NCBI GenBank assembly: GCA_963840855.1
Contig: CAWJBB010000083.1
Span: 1 to 64,000, forward strand
Source: an uncultured delta proteobacterium
Lineage (GTDB): Bacteria; Desulfobacterota; Binatia; UBA9968
Reading direction: 5' to 3'
DNA length: 64,000 nucleotides
The translations under genes and the position numbers were made by a program. Every line of letters begins with the position of its first letter. The stretch's first letter is position 1. Shown piece after piece: positions 31,048-41,060 of this stretch. Under the pieces are notes generated by a model. That model saw nothing but the letters and a program-made list of their open reading frames with translations. It was not told the DNA's origin and searched no databases.

Positions 31048-31374
31048 ATGGAAGACGATCGTATTAATCTAAAACAACCTTGGAAACAACTTGATGAGGC
31101 CACACGAAAACATATATTCCTGTGTATTTTTCGCGACAATCGAAACCTGATCACTCGGCTGTCGCGCGAAATGCATGGTTACACTCCCAAGGGGCTCGCC
31201 AGACGGCCGTCAACAATTGTTTCACGTATAGACGACCTGCTCTTTTCCCTCGACGGTGGTTTGTATGCTAGAGATTTTTTTAGATCCTACTTTGTTAATT
31301 GCGAGCCCACAATCAATGATCTCTATCTAATCCACTTCAAGCGCATCGCTAGAGAAGATCCGTCCAAAGTTTAA
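31048..31374 (+). CDS. Hypothetical protein (possibly truncated, low GC)
   Basis: 108-aa ATG ORF. Confidence 0.45.
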   Translation: MEDDRINLKQPWKQLDEATRKHIFLCIFRDNRNLITRLSREMHGYTPKGLARRPSTIVSRIDDLLFSLDGGLYARDFFRSYFVNCEPTINDLYLIHFKRIAREDPSKV

Positions 31375-31384
31375 GGAGGTTAAA

Positions 31385-31861
31385 ATGAAACGAAAAGCCT
31401 TGGTGCTGATTGCAAGGATTGTGTCAGTGATTACTCTCAGGATACGTGCCGTCGTGACCTTGTGCGTCGTCCTGATGTTGTCCCTGGGGCCGTTGGCCAC
31501 GCCCGTCTGGAGCGAACCGTCCCGGTCTTTCCTCGGCCTGTGGCAGGGTATCGATCCCGAAGACGGCTCGGGCGTCCTCTACTCGTTCGCCGACAACGAT
31601 CGTGACGGTGTGATCGAGATCACCGGGCGAGAAACGTTCTTCACGGCATGCGGCACGCCCGGTGGCGACGGCGTGGTCAACGGCACCGGCGTTGTTGGGA
31701 GCGGGGGCCTGCTCGTGGCGGAGGTGCTGCTCAAGTGCCGTCCCGGCCCGGAGCTCCCCGCCACGGCCACCTTTCAACTGATCGCGCGGGACGACGTCCT
31801 GATCCACCCGGATCCGGGGCTCGCGCGGTCCATCACTCTCCATCGGGTGAGCCAGCGCTAG
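31385..31861 (+). CDS. Secreted hypothetical protein
   Basis: RBS aaggagg; signal peptide; high GC3. Confidence 0.7.
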   Translation: MKRKALVLIARIVSVITLRIRAVVTLCVVLMLSLGPLATPVWSEPSRSFLGLWQGIDPEDGSGVLYSFADNDRDGVIEITGRETFFTACGTPGGDGVVNGTGVVGSGGLLVAEVLLKCRPGPELPATATFQLIARDDVLIHPDPGLARSITLHRVSQR

Positions 31862-31979
31862 GCCGACGACCTGGGTCACCTCGTCGAACGTCATGACTGC
31901 CGCACCTCCGCGGCTGCTGCTGGTTGATCCCGTTCCCGCCGTTCCCGTTCGCCGGCCGCTCTGCCCGGGGGCCGACCGC

Positions 31980-32140
31980 GGGTCGGACCAAGGCAACTTC
32001 TTGATTTGACAATATAACATGGCGTAAAAGGCATCGTTTGCTTCGCCGGTTCAAGGTTCAATGTTCGGGGCGGCCGGTCCGGGGTCGGACCAAAGCAACT
32101 TCTTGATTTAACAACATAAGATCGCGTAAAAAGCATTGTT
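31980..32140 (+). repeat. Two ~60-bp direct repeats starting GGGTCGGACC (RAYT-terminus-like)
   Basis: gggtcggaccaa.gcaacttcttgattt.acaa at 31980 and 32082; reverse complement of ggtccgacccc at the RAYT 3' end. Confidence 0.75.
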
Positions 32141-32439
32141 TAAGAGCTTAGAAGGCATTTTTTGAAGGCGAAAAGTGACCTCTAAGAAAAACGATGCCGC
32201 GCGCAAACCGTCACTTCCTGCCACATCACGCACCAACGTTGCACCTAGTCCAAACGTTCCAGTCGTTCAACCGCGTCGCGGAGCCCTGTCTGAGCTTAGC
32301 GAAGGGTTCAAGGCGTTATCCGGACAACAGCCATTCAAGGTTCGAACGCTAGCCGAGATTTCTTTGAGGGTGCCTCCTGTGCTACAAGCGCGTCAGTTCC
32401 GAGAAATCTGCATCGACTAACCGCAACAAGGAGTCAACG

Positions 32440-32928
32440 ATGAAATACCGGCTTCTAATCCTGGCCTTTGTATTGTCGATCCCGCCTTTCTTATTGAACT
32501 CGACTGTCGTTAGCTCGCGCGATACGGGAGCACAAGGCGGCTGTTTCCCCGGCACTTATCTTGTAGTCGAAGGCAGTGGCACTCAAAGCCTCTGGACACT
32601 GTCACACGACGGCGGGTTTCAGGTTACAAGCTCCGCCGAAAGGGCGTTTGGCTTCAGCCACATACAAGGTGTCTGGAAGAAAACCGGCGCTCGGGACGCG
32701 AAGGCGAGGGGCCTCGACTTCAACTTTAACGAGACTCCCGTGAACGGCGGTGTTCCACCGTCACAGATCGCCAGACTCGATATCGTAATGAGGTTCGCTG
32801 AAAAGTGTGAAGGAATGGAAGGGAGCTTCGAGTTGCGCGGTTTCAATCCCAATGATGATCCTTTGGACTCGAACAGCCCAGCCGCCGCTTCTGATACTTT
32901 CTTTGGGCGACGGGTCAGCATTGATTAG
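32440..32928 (+). CDS. Secreted hypothetical protein
   Basis: RBS aaggag; signal peptide; beta-rich. Confidence 0.7.
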   Translation: MKYRLLILAFVLSIPPFLLNSTVVSSRDTGAQGGCFPGTYLVVEGSGTQSLWTLSHDGGFQVTSSAERAFGFSHIQGVWKKTGARDAKARGLDFNFNETPVNGGVPPSQIARLDIVMRFAEKCEGMEGSFELRGFNPNDDPLDSNSPAAASDTFFGRRVSID

Positions 32929-33012
32929 TTCTCAGGTTGCGGTGTCAATAGAACCCGCCCCGGGCGGCTCCGCCCCAGCCCCGGGCTGGCAGCGTGCTGA
33001 CGAGGAGGGGCG

Positions 33013-33136
33013 ATGGACGAATTCCTGAAGGCCGCCATCGCCGAGGCGGAGGCCGGGCTGGCTGAGGGGGCATCCCGATCGGCTCCGTCCTCGTCCATGA
33101 GGGTCAGATCATCGGTCGTGGGCACAACCGCCGCGT
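33013..33136 (+). pseudogene. N-terminal fragment of a cytosine/nucleoside deaminase
   Basis: MDEFLKAAIAEAEAGLAEG/GIPIGSVLVHEGQIIGRGHNRR, cut at a RAYT-like terminus. Confidence 0.75.
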
Positions 33137-33143
33137 GGGAATT

Positions 33144-33305
33144 AAAGGGGACAGGCTACTTTTCTCCCGTTGCGATCGCATGTAGCGGTGTGATAGACGC
33201 TGCTGATGCCGAGAATCCCGCGTGGGCAGCAAGCTGGTTTTGTTTATCATGTGATCAACCGAGGAAATGGTCGCGCGACGATCTTTCATAAAGCTCAAGA
33301 CTATT
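33144..33305 (+). pseudogene. RAYT left terminus plus 5' fragment (second RAYT type)
   Basis: aaaggggacaggctacttt, then MPRIPRGQQAGFVYHVINRGNGRATIFHKAQDY from 33206. Confidence 0.8.
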
Positions 33306-33439
33306 TTGGCTTGCGCCTGTTCCAAACGTTCCAGAAGCCTGCCCTGAGACCTGTATGATGGATGTTAGGTGTAACCACAAGTCCTCTTTAGCGAGTATAG
33401 TGATTCATCAAATCGCCATTGAGCGAAGGAGGACAACAG

Positions 33440-34516
33440 ATGAACAGCAAAGCGTTTATTCCCCGCGACTACGACGTGTTTGCGGGACTGGATGTGGGCA
33501 AGAAAAGTATCTCGGTGACCTTTACCAATCAGCAAGGGTTTATTCGCTCCTTGCGCGTGCCGTATAGCGCGGAGCATCTTGTGAACCACGTGCGTAAACA
33601 TTTTCCCGATCAGAAAGTGGCCTTTGCCTACGAGGCGGGACCGACGGGCTACGGCTTGTACGATGGGATTGTGGCTCAAGATTACCCGTGCCTGATCGCT
33701 TCGCCATCGATGATCCCCAAAGCGCCCGGACAAAGAGTGAAGACCAATCGGCTCGACAGTCGAGGCATTTCGGAGAATCTTCGTGGCGGACAGCTCAAGA
33801 GCATTCATGTCCCCGCTGTCCTGTACCGTGAGCTGCGCCATTTGACTCAGCTGCGCGACACCTTTGTCAGCGCGATGGTGGCGATGAAGCAGCGCATCAA
33901 GTCGCTGTTGCTTATGGAAGGGCTGGAGTTTCCCCCGGCCCCCGCCGGTAGTCAGTGGTCGTTCATGGTGAAGGCTAAACTGAGAAAGCTTCCCTGTTCT
34001 TCGACCGTGCGTTTTGAGCTTGATCAGTTGCTTGACAGTCTGGAGTTCAACGAGAAGCAGATCGTTAAGACAACCCAACAGATCCGCCGCTTGTGTCAGA
34101 ACGATGCCGAATTGTCCCAGTGTATAAAGTACGTGATGAGCGTGTCCGGGATTGGCCAGATTGTGGCCAGTCAGCTTTTGGCTAGGATCGGCGATTGGCG
34201 TGAGCTGAGAAACGTGCGCCAACTGGGAGCCTTTCTCGGCTTGGTCCCTACCGAGAACTCCACCGGAGAGCGAACCGATCGAGGATCGATCACTCACAGC
34301 GGAGACCCGCGGCTGAGAAGCAAACTCATCCAAGCCGCCTGGTCGGCGATCCGAAAAGACGGTGAGCTGAGGGAATTTTTCCGGGCGGTGTGCCAGAGCC
34401 ATGCGCGCCCGGTGGCGTCGCGGGTGGCCATTGTGGCGGTGGCCAGAAAACTCACGGTACTGATTTCGGTGGTCTTGATGGAACAAAGACCCTATGTAGT
34501 GAGGAAAAAAGTTTAA
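33440..34516 (+). CDS. IS110-family DEDD recombinase
   Basis: GLDVGK, YEAGPTG, KTNRLDS, GLVPTENSTG, AVARKL. Confidence 0.95.
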   Translation: MNSKAFIPRDYDVFAGLDVGKKSISVTFTNQQGFIRSLRVPYSAEHLVNHVRKHFPDQKVAFAYEAGPTGYGLYDGIVAQDYPCLIASPSMIPKAPGQRVKTNRLDSRGISENLRGGQLKSIHVPAVLYRELRHLTQLRDTFVSAMVAMKQRIKSLLLMEGLEFPPAPAGSQWSFMVKAKLRKLPCSSTVRFELDQLLDSLEFNEKQIVKTTQQIRRLCQNDAELSQCIKYVMSVSGIGQIVASQLLARIGDWRELRNVRQLGAFLGLVPTENSTGERTDRGSITHSGDPRLRSKLIQAAWSAIRKDGELREFFRAVCQSHARPVASRVAIVAVARKLTVLISVVLMEQRPYVVRKKV

Positions 34517-34519
34517 TCG

Positions 34520-34715
34520 GCTCCTTTGACCCAAGAGGAGACCGTGCCCCAGGGAACGCCTCGACGATAGACAGAACCGGGAGAGACAAACTCCTGACGG
34601 TTCGATCCATGAGATAGAGAGCCCGGGGCCGAGTGCCTTAGAGAGGGGCGCATGCCAAGTCAGTGTGACGGCCATGGTGCCGTGCCACGTATAGCAGTCA
34701 GTCTCTCTTGGGTGG
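34520..34715 (+). ncRNA. Putative seek/bridge RNA of IS110 #1
   Basis: cgatagac (reverse complement of target right side), hairpin, ccatgag; caagtc, hairpin, atagcag (donor). Confidence 0.65.
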
Positions 34716-34964
34716 GGAAGGAAAAGAGTCATAAGAAAATAAGAGGGCGGTGCCGTGACTTGACATCCACATAGCAGTCTATCGAAGGGTTCAATCGCTG
34801 CGCTCCGTTCATCACGGGGGGATCAGTCCGTTCGAGCCGTTCCAATCGTTCAACCGCTTTGCTCCGTTCAAAACGTTTCCGGAATTCTTTAAACTTCGAA
34901 AGGTTCAACGAACACAAGTTGGGGGACGCGTCGCCATTGAACCGCTCACTCTAAGACACAACCG

Positions 34965-35030
34965 ATGCCGCGCGCGAATCGCCATTTTCTACCCGGTCAC
35001 CCATGGCACATCACTCACCGCTGCTATCAG
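34965..35030 (+). pseudogene. RAYT 5' fragment (same type as 29859)
   Basis: MPRANRHFLPGHPWHITHRCYQ. Confidence 0.8.
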
Positions 35031-35138
35031 AAGAAGTTTGTCGCGGTCGGCTGCACCGGTTTGACATCGATAGCGCAGTCTCTTAGCATTGGTTTGGATT
35101 ATCAATGATGGTCGAAATCATTTAGAGAGGGTTGGCTT

Positions 35139-35423
35139 ATGACAGAGTCGGCAGAGAAAATAGATCATCCCTATATCGTTTCTCGGGCGGACTACTGCGG
35201 CGGCAGTCCTGTGATCAAAGGCACGAAATTTCCCGTTCGCTCAGTCGTCAACTACGTTCTTCGCCAAGGCATCTCACCTGAAGAGTTGGTTGGAGAGTTC
35301 TCCCATCTAACCCTCGCGCAAGTATACTACGCGCTTTCGTACTACTATGATCACAAAGAAGCGGTTGACCAGGATTTTCAGGAGAACTCGCAAGAGAATC
35401 ACAGACCCGTGACCGGGGTCTAA
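35139..35423 (+). CDS. DUF433 antitoxin
   Basis: CGGSPVIKGTKFPV...LTLAQVYYALSYYYDH. Confidence 0.9.
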   Translation: MTESAEKIDHPYIVSRADYCGGSPVIKGTKFPVRSVVNYVLRQGISPEELVGEFSHLTLAQVYYALSYYYDHKEAVDQDFQENSQENHRPVTGV

Positions 35424-35519
35424 TGGCCAAGATTACCCTGCTGTTGGATGAGGATGTCCGTCCGATACTGGGCGAAATTCTCCGGCAGCGAGGGTACGAT
35501 GCCGTGCATACGAGCCATT
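35423..35519 (+). pseudogene. Truncated DUF5615 PIN-like toxin
   Basis: MAKITLLLDEDVRPILGEILRQRGYDAVH, cut at ggggccaggtcttgcaa. Confidence 0.75.
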
Positions 35520-35710
35520 GGGGCCAGGTCTTGCAATCCAACATTCCATTTAGCCTCGGTGTCTACTTGCGATAGTGGCGTTATTAAATCGATCTGTTCA
35601 ACCGGACAAGACGGGCTTAACCCGCCAACACAAAATCCGTGGAGACGACTTTCATACTCCGGAAGGGCTTTCGCGGCATGCGGAAACGCATCCTTCTAAC
35701 CCGCACCAAG

Positions 35711-35738
35711 TTGACTTGTTAGGCATGGTTATTATAAT
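35711..35738 (+). promoter_or_regulatory. Sigma70 promoter of the TA operon
   Basis: TTGACT-16-TATAAT. Confidence 0.55.
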
Positions 35739-35758
35739 GGCCATAATTGAGGCCTGGT

Positions 35759-36028
35759 ATGAAAGACATTTTCACCTATATACCCATTAGCAAGGCCAAG
35801 AGTGAACTTTTGGATATTATTCGCCGGCTGGAAAGCGTCAACGACGCCGTGGCGGTGACCAAGAACGGAGTTCCGGCTGCGGTGATTCTCAGCATGGAGA
35901 AGTACGAGGGGCTGCTGGAGACACTTGACATTTTGAGTGATGAGAAGACCATGAAATCGCTACGGACCTCAATGCGTCAGGCTCGTCGGGGAAAGTGGCT
36001 GAAGCATGAAGAGGTGTTTGGTCGTTGA
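35759..36028 (+). CDS. Phd/YefM antitoxin
   Basis: ISKAKSEL...VTKNGVPAAVILS..YEGLLETLDIL. Confidence 0.9.
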   Translation: MKDIFTYIPISKAKSELLDIIRRLESVNDAVAVTKNGVPAAVILSMEKYEGLLETLDILSDEKTMKSLRTSMRQARRGKWLKHEEVFGR

Positions 36029-36315
36029 AGAAGACCGCTTGCCGTTTCACCCCGGAAGCGGCCCGGCTAATCGCTACACTCCCGCCCGAAATCAAAAAGC
36101 TTGTTCGCTCTTCTATTGATACACTTCTGGAGAAGCCGCACACCGGTTCCGAACTGACCGGAGAGCTTGAGGGTTATCGCTCGCTCAAAGCAAAGAGATA
36201 CCGGATCATTTACCGTCTAAATGACAGTGAAACCAGTGTCGAAATATATCTTGTCGGTCATCGGCGGGATGTTTACGATACCCTTCGGTCTCTGCTCCTC
36301 GAGGTTAAACAATAA
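36025..36315 (+). CDS. RelE/ParE toxin
   Basis: LTGELEGYRSLKAKRYRIIY...VGHRRDVY. Confidence 0.9.
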   Translation: MKKTACRFTPEAARLIATLPPEIKKLVRSSIDTLLEKPHTGSELTGELEGYRSLKAKRYRIIYRLNDSETSVEIYLVGHRRDVYDTLRSLLLEVKQ

Positions 36316-36380
36316 CCGGGAGTTGAAAGCTCTCGAATCTGTGAGGAGATTTTGGGTTCGAAGGTCGCAAATCAGTTTAA

Positions 36381-37359
36381 ACTTGAAAGTACCATGCGTC
36401 CACGGGGCCGACCCGCGCTGAGTGAAATGAGGAGATAAGACAAAAAAGTAGCCTGTCTTTCACGGCTTCTCTTACGGAGAGGAGTTGATTTATGAAGGAT
36501 CGAAATGAGCGGTCACAGATAAAACTATGATCACAAATCGGCGGCCGGCGCTCGACAAATTACGCCGCGAATACGATAGCAGTCATCGCCTGGAGAAAAT
36601 TCGCGCCCCGGCTTCTGCTAACTTGGCTCCCATGTTTGGCGCGCTTGAAGCGGCCAGGGATGCGGCAGCACCCGAACTAATGAAAAATGTCTGCACGCGG
36701 TTTCTCGCTTCGCTTTCAGCCTTTTACGGCATTCCTTCGCCGAACTTAAAATTGCTCGGGCCTCGTCCGCATTCGACTCACGAAGGGCGCTTGGCCAATG
36801 AACTCTTCGGCGACTACCAGATCAAGGTTGCAAAAATTCGACTTTGGACGCGGACCCCAATGAAAAGGCAGTGGACATCGAGTAAGACGATATTGTCTAC
36901 GCTTTGCCATGAATTCATGCACCACTTGGATGTGACTTCTCTTGGATTTCCAAACAGCTTTCATACCATCGGTTTTTACGAGCGGACCCACCGACTTTAT
37001 CTTGCTGCCATGGGTCATCCCTACTATCCTCTTAAGTGGCGCCGGGTTGGCTTTGAAGGCCGGCAGATTATTGACTGGCAGGAGACAAAGCGACACGGGC
37101 CGAAAGTCTTGGGGCGAAAGAAAGTGAGAGGGACCAGCTGGCAGCAGGTCGGACCAGCGCAAGCCATTGATTCACAGGAATAGGCACGAGGCGAGAGGCA
37201 ACAGGCAACAGTAGGACAAGAACATTTCAGACTGCTCACTTATAAGAAATACACGATGCCGCGCGCGAATCGCCATTTTCTGCCTGGTCACATCTGGCAC
37301 ATCACTCACCGCCGCCATCAGCAGGCATTTCTACTGAAATTTGCGCGCGACCGCCGCCG
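36381..37359 (+). repeat. ~980-bp duplication, copy 2 (RAYT 3' remnant, HExxH gene, RAYT 5' fragment)
   Basis: Near-identical to 28985-29962; RAYT truncated after ~35 codons. Confidence 0.95.
36527..37183 (+). CDS. HExxH metallopeptidase-like protein, copy 2
   Basis: Two amino-acid differences from 29131-29787. Confidence 0.7.
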   Translation: MITNRRPALDKLRREYDSSHRLEKIRAPASANLAPMFGALEAARDAAAPELMKNVCTRFLASLSAFYGIPSPNLKLLGPRPHSTHEGRLANELFGDYQIKVAKIRLWTRTPMKRQWTSSKTILSTLCHEFMHHLDVTSLGFPNSFHTIGFYERTHRLYLAAMGHPYYPLKWRRVGFEGRQIIDWQETKRHGPKVLGRKKVRGTSWQQVGPAQAIDSQE

Positions 37360-37389
37360 TTGCGCCTCGGGCAGACTGTAGGGTCAATC

Positions 37390-37986
37390 ATGGCAAAAAT
37401 CTTGGATCCGCACGGCCTTCACGACTGGAGCGCCGAAGAATATGTCCATGATTGGGCAACGCGCCAGGATCGCTACGAGGACGAGCGACGCCCGCAATTT
37501 CAAATGATTGCAGATGCGATTCCTTTTAGCAGGGACGCGTCGATTCAGATTCTGGACGTGGGCGCCGGTTACGGCGCCCTAACCCAATTTCTCTTGGAAG
37601 AGTTTCCGAACGCTACAGCCCTCTGCCAGGATGGCTCGGACGAGATGGCCAAGCTCGGTCGCCGGCGCATGGCCAAATGGAAAGGGCGGTTTGATTATGT
37701 GATTGCGGATTTCAGTAAGCGGGGCTGGAACCGGGCGATTCATGGATCCTTCGATGCGGTCGTTTCAACCATCGCCATTCACAACGTTCGTGTTCCCGAC
37801 ATCATCGAGTCCATCTATAAAGACGTGTTTCAACTCGTAAAGCCGGGCGGCTGTTTTCTCAATCTGGACCTGGTTTTTGTTCCTTTGGCAAAACAACTCG
37901 GTTGGTTGCGGGCTGCCGGATTCAGCGATGTCAAATCGTATTGGCAAGAGCGGAGAGGAGCGTTGTTCGGGGGGAGGAAGATTTAG
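37390..37986 (+). CDS. Class I SAM-dependent methyltransferase
   Basis: ILDVGAGYG, FDAVVS, VKPGG. Confidence 0.9.
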   Translation: MAKILDPHGLHDWSAEEYVHDWATRQDRYEDERRPQFQMIADAIPFSRDASIQILDVGAGYGALTQFLLEEFPNATALCQDGSDEMAKLGRRRMAKWKGRFDYVIADFSKRGWNRAIHGSFDAVVSTIAIHNVRVPDIIESIYKDVFQLVKPGGCFLNLDLVFVPLAKQLGWLRAAGFSDVKSYWQERRGALFGGRKI

Positions 37987-38145
37987 GGGACAGTCAGAGG
38001 CGCTTCCGACAGCGTTATTGCCTCGTTGCGCGCAATTAACTCGCTACAACACGCTGGTCAAGTGCGCTTCCGGACGTCGATTTTTCGCACGCCTCGCCAT
38101 TGAACCTTTTTTGACGAGCCTGAGAAGAGAGGAGGTACGGTCGTT

Positions 38146-38499
38146 ATGCCGGAGCAAATATCGAAATATCCAGACGTAACGCTACAGGTTTTGAGAGAGA
38201 GCGGTGCCGTTTGCGGTCAAGGGGCGCCGCAAAACATCCTAAAACAATGTCCGCGGGACCGTTTCTGTTCACTTCGAACGGGGGAAATCTGTGTATATGG
38301 CATAAATGAGATTCCGAAAATGACTCAGATTACTTCCCAAGAGCTGGCTAAAGTTGTTTGTCCGCAAGCTCAAAAGACTGCCCTGTTTTCTGCGGGCATC
38401 TCGGGATTGGAAGCGGCTCTGATTTTCGCGGTGTTTCTTTCGGGACTCACCGTGGGCAAGTATCGGCGGAAACCACGGTTGCCCGTTTCGTCACACTAG
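38146..38499 (+). CDS. Cys-rich hypothetical protein with C-terminal TM
   Basis: RBS ggagg; Cys pattern; hydrophobic tail. Confidence 0.65.
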   Translation: MPEQISKYPDVTLQVLRESGAVCGQGAPQNILKQCPRDRFCSLRTGEICVYGINEIPKMTQITSQELAKVVCPQAQKTALFSAGISGLEAALIFAVFLSGLTVGKYRRKPRLPVSSH

Positions 38500-38901
38500 C
38501 TCCTCTTCTTGGAGGCGCGTGCCGGTCGCCTGCACGACGCATCGAATCATCAGCGGAAGCACGGCTACAGGGTCAGGTCTTGCAATGCAACATCCCTACA
38601 AAGATTTCGTTGTCTACTTGCGATAGTTTCGTTCTTAAGATCGATCCATTCAAAAAGACACCAGGCTTCTGCGGGAATCAATTTTTCGTAGGGCCGAATG
38701 CAAAATGACTCGGTTTGGCCGGGAGAGCGATCTTCGACGAATGCTGAACGTCAGAAAAGATGAAGGCTTCAGTCCGGACTTTTCTGGCGGTGAAAAAGGA
38801 CTTAATCGACTGTAGATTACGGGACCAGGTAGTATAATAATGACCTGGTAGCCAGGGTCGTGTGAATGCGAAGATATTTAATGCCACTTTAGGAGGCGAC
38901 G

Positions 38902-39171
38902 ATGACGTATAAAGGTGTCGCTAAGGGAAAAATAATCGAACTCGAAGAGGCTCTTCCGTATTCCGACGGGCAAGCTGTTAGCGTTTCGGTGGAGGTCTTG
39001 CATCCAGACCTTCGGCCCGGGTCGGCGCCAGCGATCCTTAGGGTGATGCGCAGTTTGCCAGATCTTAACCCGGATGACGTTGACGAATTGGAGCAATTGA
39101 TTAGGCAAGGACGATTGCCTGTGCGCATGCAGGGCGAGTTTGAAAAAGACGAAGCGGACAACGGGCGATGA
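38902..39171 (+). CDS. Putative antitoxin (DUF104-like N-terminus)
   Basis: YKGVAKGKIIELEEALP..DGQAVSV; overlaps the vapC-like start. Confidence 0.65.
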   Translation: MTYKGVAKGKIIELEEALPYSDGQAVSVSVEVLHPDLRPGSAPAILRVMRSLPDLNPDDVDELEQLIRQGRLPVRMQGEFEKDEADNGR

Positions 39172-39575
39172 TGTTTTTGCTGGACACCAACGCCTTCAGT
39201 GACTTGATGAGGAAGCATTCGAAGCTAGATGCTCGCATGACCTCTCTCGCTGCTGCGGATAGAATTGTGATTTGCACGGTTGTTCGGGGTGAAATTCGTT
39301 ATGGTATTGAGCAGCTTCCGCAAAGCAAGCGCCGTCAAGATCTGGAAGGTCAGGCGGGACCTCTATTCGCTGTTATTCCGTGCGAGTCAGTTCCTGAGGC
39401 GGCGGGCGATCATTATGCGAAGATTAAGCTAACACGCCAGCAAAAAGGATTGGTTTTGGATGAAAATGATCTTTGGATTGCTGCGACCGCTTTGGCATTA
39501 GATGCCGTGCTGATAACCCGCGATAGCGACTTCCAACAGATCCAGGGGTTGTTCGTCAACGATTGGACAGTATAG
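39168..39575 (+). CDS. vapC: VapC PIN-domain toxin
   Basis: LLDTN, GEIRYG, NDLWIAATA, LITRDSDF. Confidence 0.9.
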   Translation: MMFLLDTNAFSDLMRKHSKLDARMTSLAAADRIVICTVVRGEIRYGIEQLPQSKRRQDLEGQAGPLFAVIPCESVPEAAGDHYAKIKLTRQQKGLVLDENDLWIAATALALDAVLITRDSDFQQIQGLFVNDWTV

Positions 39576-41059
39576 CAGCCCGTGGTGAAAGTCGAGCATG
39601 TTTTAGTTGTAGCCGGTGATAAATAATCGATATGTTCGGTGTGTCGTAGTAAAGTGTTCCGCATGGCGATGGGACAAAGAACACAACAAGAGCAAGTTGG
39701 GATGTGGGTAACGGTTAGCGAGCTACCGCGGTCGGTGAGCCACCCGTTTTACGAGAAACTCAATCGGCTGTTGGCCGAGCATGGGTTCGACGACTTTGTC
39801 GAGGCGCAGTGCCGGCCGTTCTATGCCGAGAAGATGGGGCGGCCCAGTCTAGCACCGGGGCAATACTTTCGGCTTTTGTTACTTGGGTATTTCGAGGGGC
39901 TGGACTCGGAGCGCGCCATTGCGTGGCGAGCGGCGGACTCCTTGGGAGTGCGCAGGTTTCTCGGGCTGGGGCTGACCGAGGCGGCGCCGGATCACTCCAC
40001 GATATCGCGGACGCGGCGCCTGATCGACCTGGACACCCATCGGGCGGTGTTCAGATGGGTTCTTCAGTGTCTGGGCATCGCCGGCCTGGTCAAGGGGAAA
40101 ACGATTGCGATAGACGCCACGACGCTCGAAGCGAATGCGGCCCTGCGCAGCATCGTGCGCCGCGACACCGGGGAGAGCTATCACGAGTTTTTGACCAAGC
40201 TGGCTCAGGCCTCTGGCATTGAGACCCCCACGCGGGAGGATCTCGCTAAGCTGGATCGCAAGCGCAAGAAGAAAGGGTCGAACAAGGACTGGGAACATCC
40301 GCACGACCCCGACGCGCGCATCACCAAGATGAAGGACGGGCGCACCCATTTAGCGCACAAAGCCGAGCATGCGGTGGACCTGGAGACCGGTGCGATCGTG
40401 GCCGTCACGCTACAGGAGGCCGATCAGGGCGATACCACAACGATCCAGACCACGCTGCCCGAAGCGGTCGAGCAGTTGGAAGCCGTAGCCGCCGTCACCG
40501 ACGATGTGGTGAGGACGGGGGAGGAACTGGTCGCCGACAAGGGCTATCACAGCAAGCAAACCGTGCTCGATGTACAGTCCCTGGGACTGCGCAGCTACAT
40601 CAGCGAACCGGATCGGGGTCGGCAGCACTGGATCGATCAGCACGCCGAGCGCGACGCAGTGTATGCCAATCGGCGGCGCATCGAGGGTGAGCGCGGGCAG
40701 CAGTTGATGCGGCGACGGGGTGAGTTGTTGGAGCGACCCAATGCTCTCCTCTATGATACCGGCGGGATGCGGCGGACTCATCTGCGTGGGCACGGCAACA
40801 TTCTCAAACGGCTGCTCGTGCACGTGGCGGCCTGCAATCTGGGCCTGTGGATGCGCACATTGACGGGCATTGGAACGCCACGCGGCCTGCAGGACAGCCT
40901 GGCCATCGTACTGGCTTTCTTTTTTACTCTGTGGGGAGTCCTGCGCAACCGAGTAACCGCGCATCGCCGCCGAGAACTCGATCTGAGACTAATTGCGATC
41001 CCAAGTTACCGCCTCGCACAGATCGCGTCATGTGAAAAACGGACTTGTACCACGGGCTG
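39576..41059 (+). mobile_element. IS1182/IS5-like insertion sequence
   Basis: IRs cagcccgtggtgaaagtc / gacttgtaccacgggctg; 4-bp TSD atag. Confidence 0.9.
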
Positions 41060-41060
41060 A
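39663..41060 (+). CDS. DUF772+DDE transposase
   Basis: GRPSL...SER, PDHSTISR, IDATTLEANA, ADKGY. Confidence 0.9.
   Translation: MAMGQRTQQEQVGMWVTVSELPRSVSHPFYEKLNRLLAEHGFDDFVEAQCRPFYAEKMGRPSLAPGQYFRLLLLGYFEGLDSERAIAWRAADSLGVRRFLGLGLTEAAPDHSTISRTRRLIDLDTHRAVFRWVLQCLGIAGLVKGKTIAIDATTLEANAALRSIVRRDTGESYHEFLTKLAQASGIETPTREDLAKLDRKRKKKGSNKDWEHPHDPDARITKMKDGRTHLAHKAEHAVDLETGAIVAVTLQEADQGDTTTIQTTLPEAVEQLEAVAAVTDDVVRTGEELVADKGYHSKQTVLDVQSLGLRSYISEPDRGRQHWIDQHAERDAVYANRRRIEGERGQQLMRRRGELLERPNALLYDTGGMRRTHLRGHGNILKRLLVHVAACNLGLWMRTLTGIGTPRGLQDSLAIVLAFFFTLWGVLRNRVTAHRRRELDLRLIAIPSYRLAQIASCEKRTCTTG

Larger units (their letters stand above)
33349..34777 (+). mobile_element. IS110 family, IS1111-type element inserted in a CCTGAG-N3-ATCGAAGG repeat
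   Basis: AG core on both sides; subterminal IR tggatgt/acatcca; junction promoter TTGACA-17-TATGAT. Confidence 0.85.
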
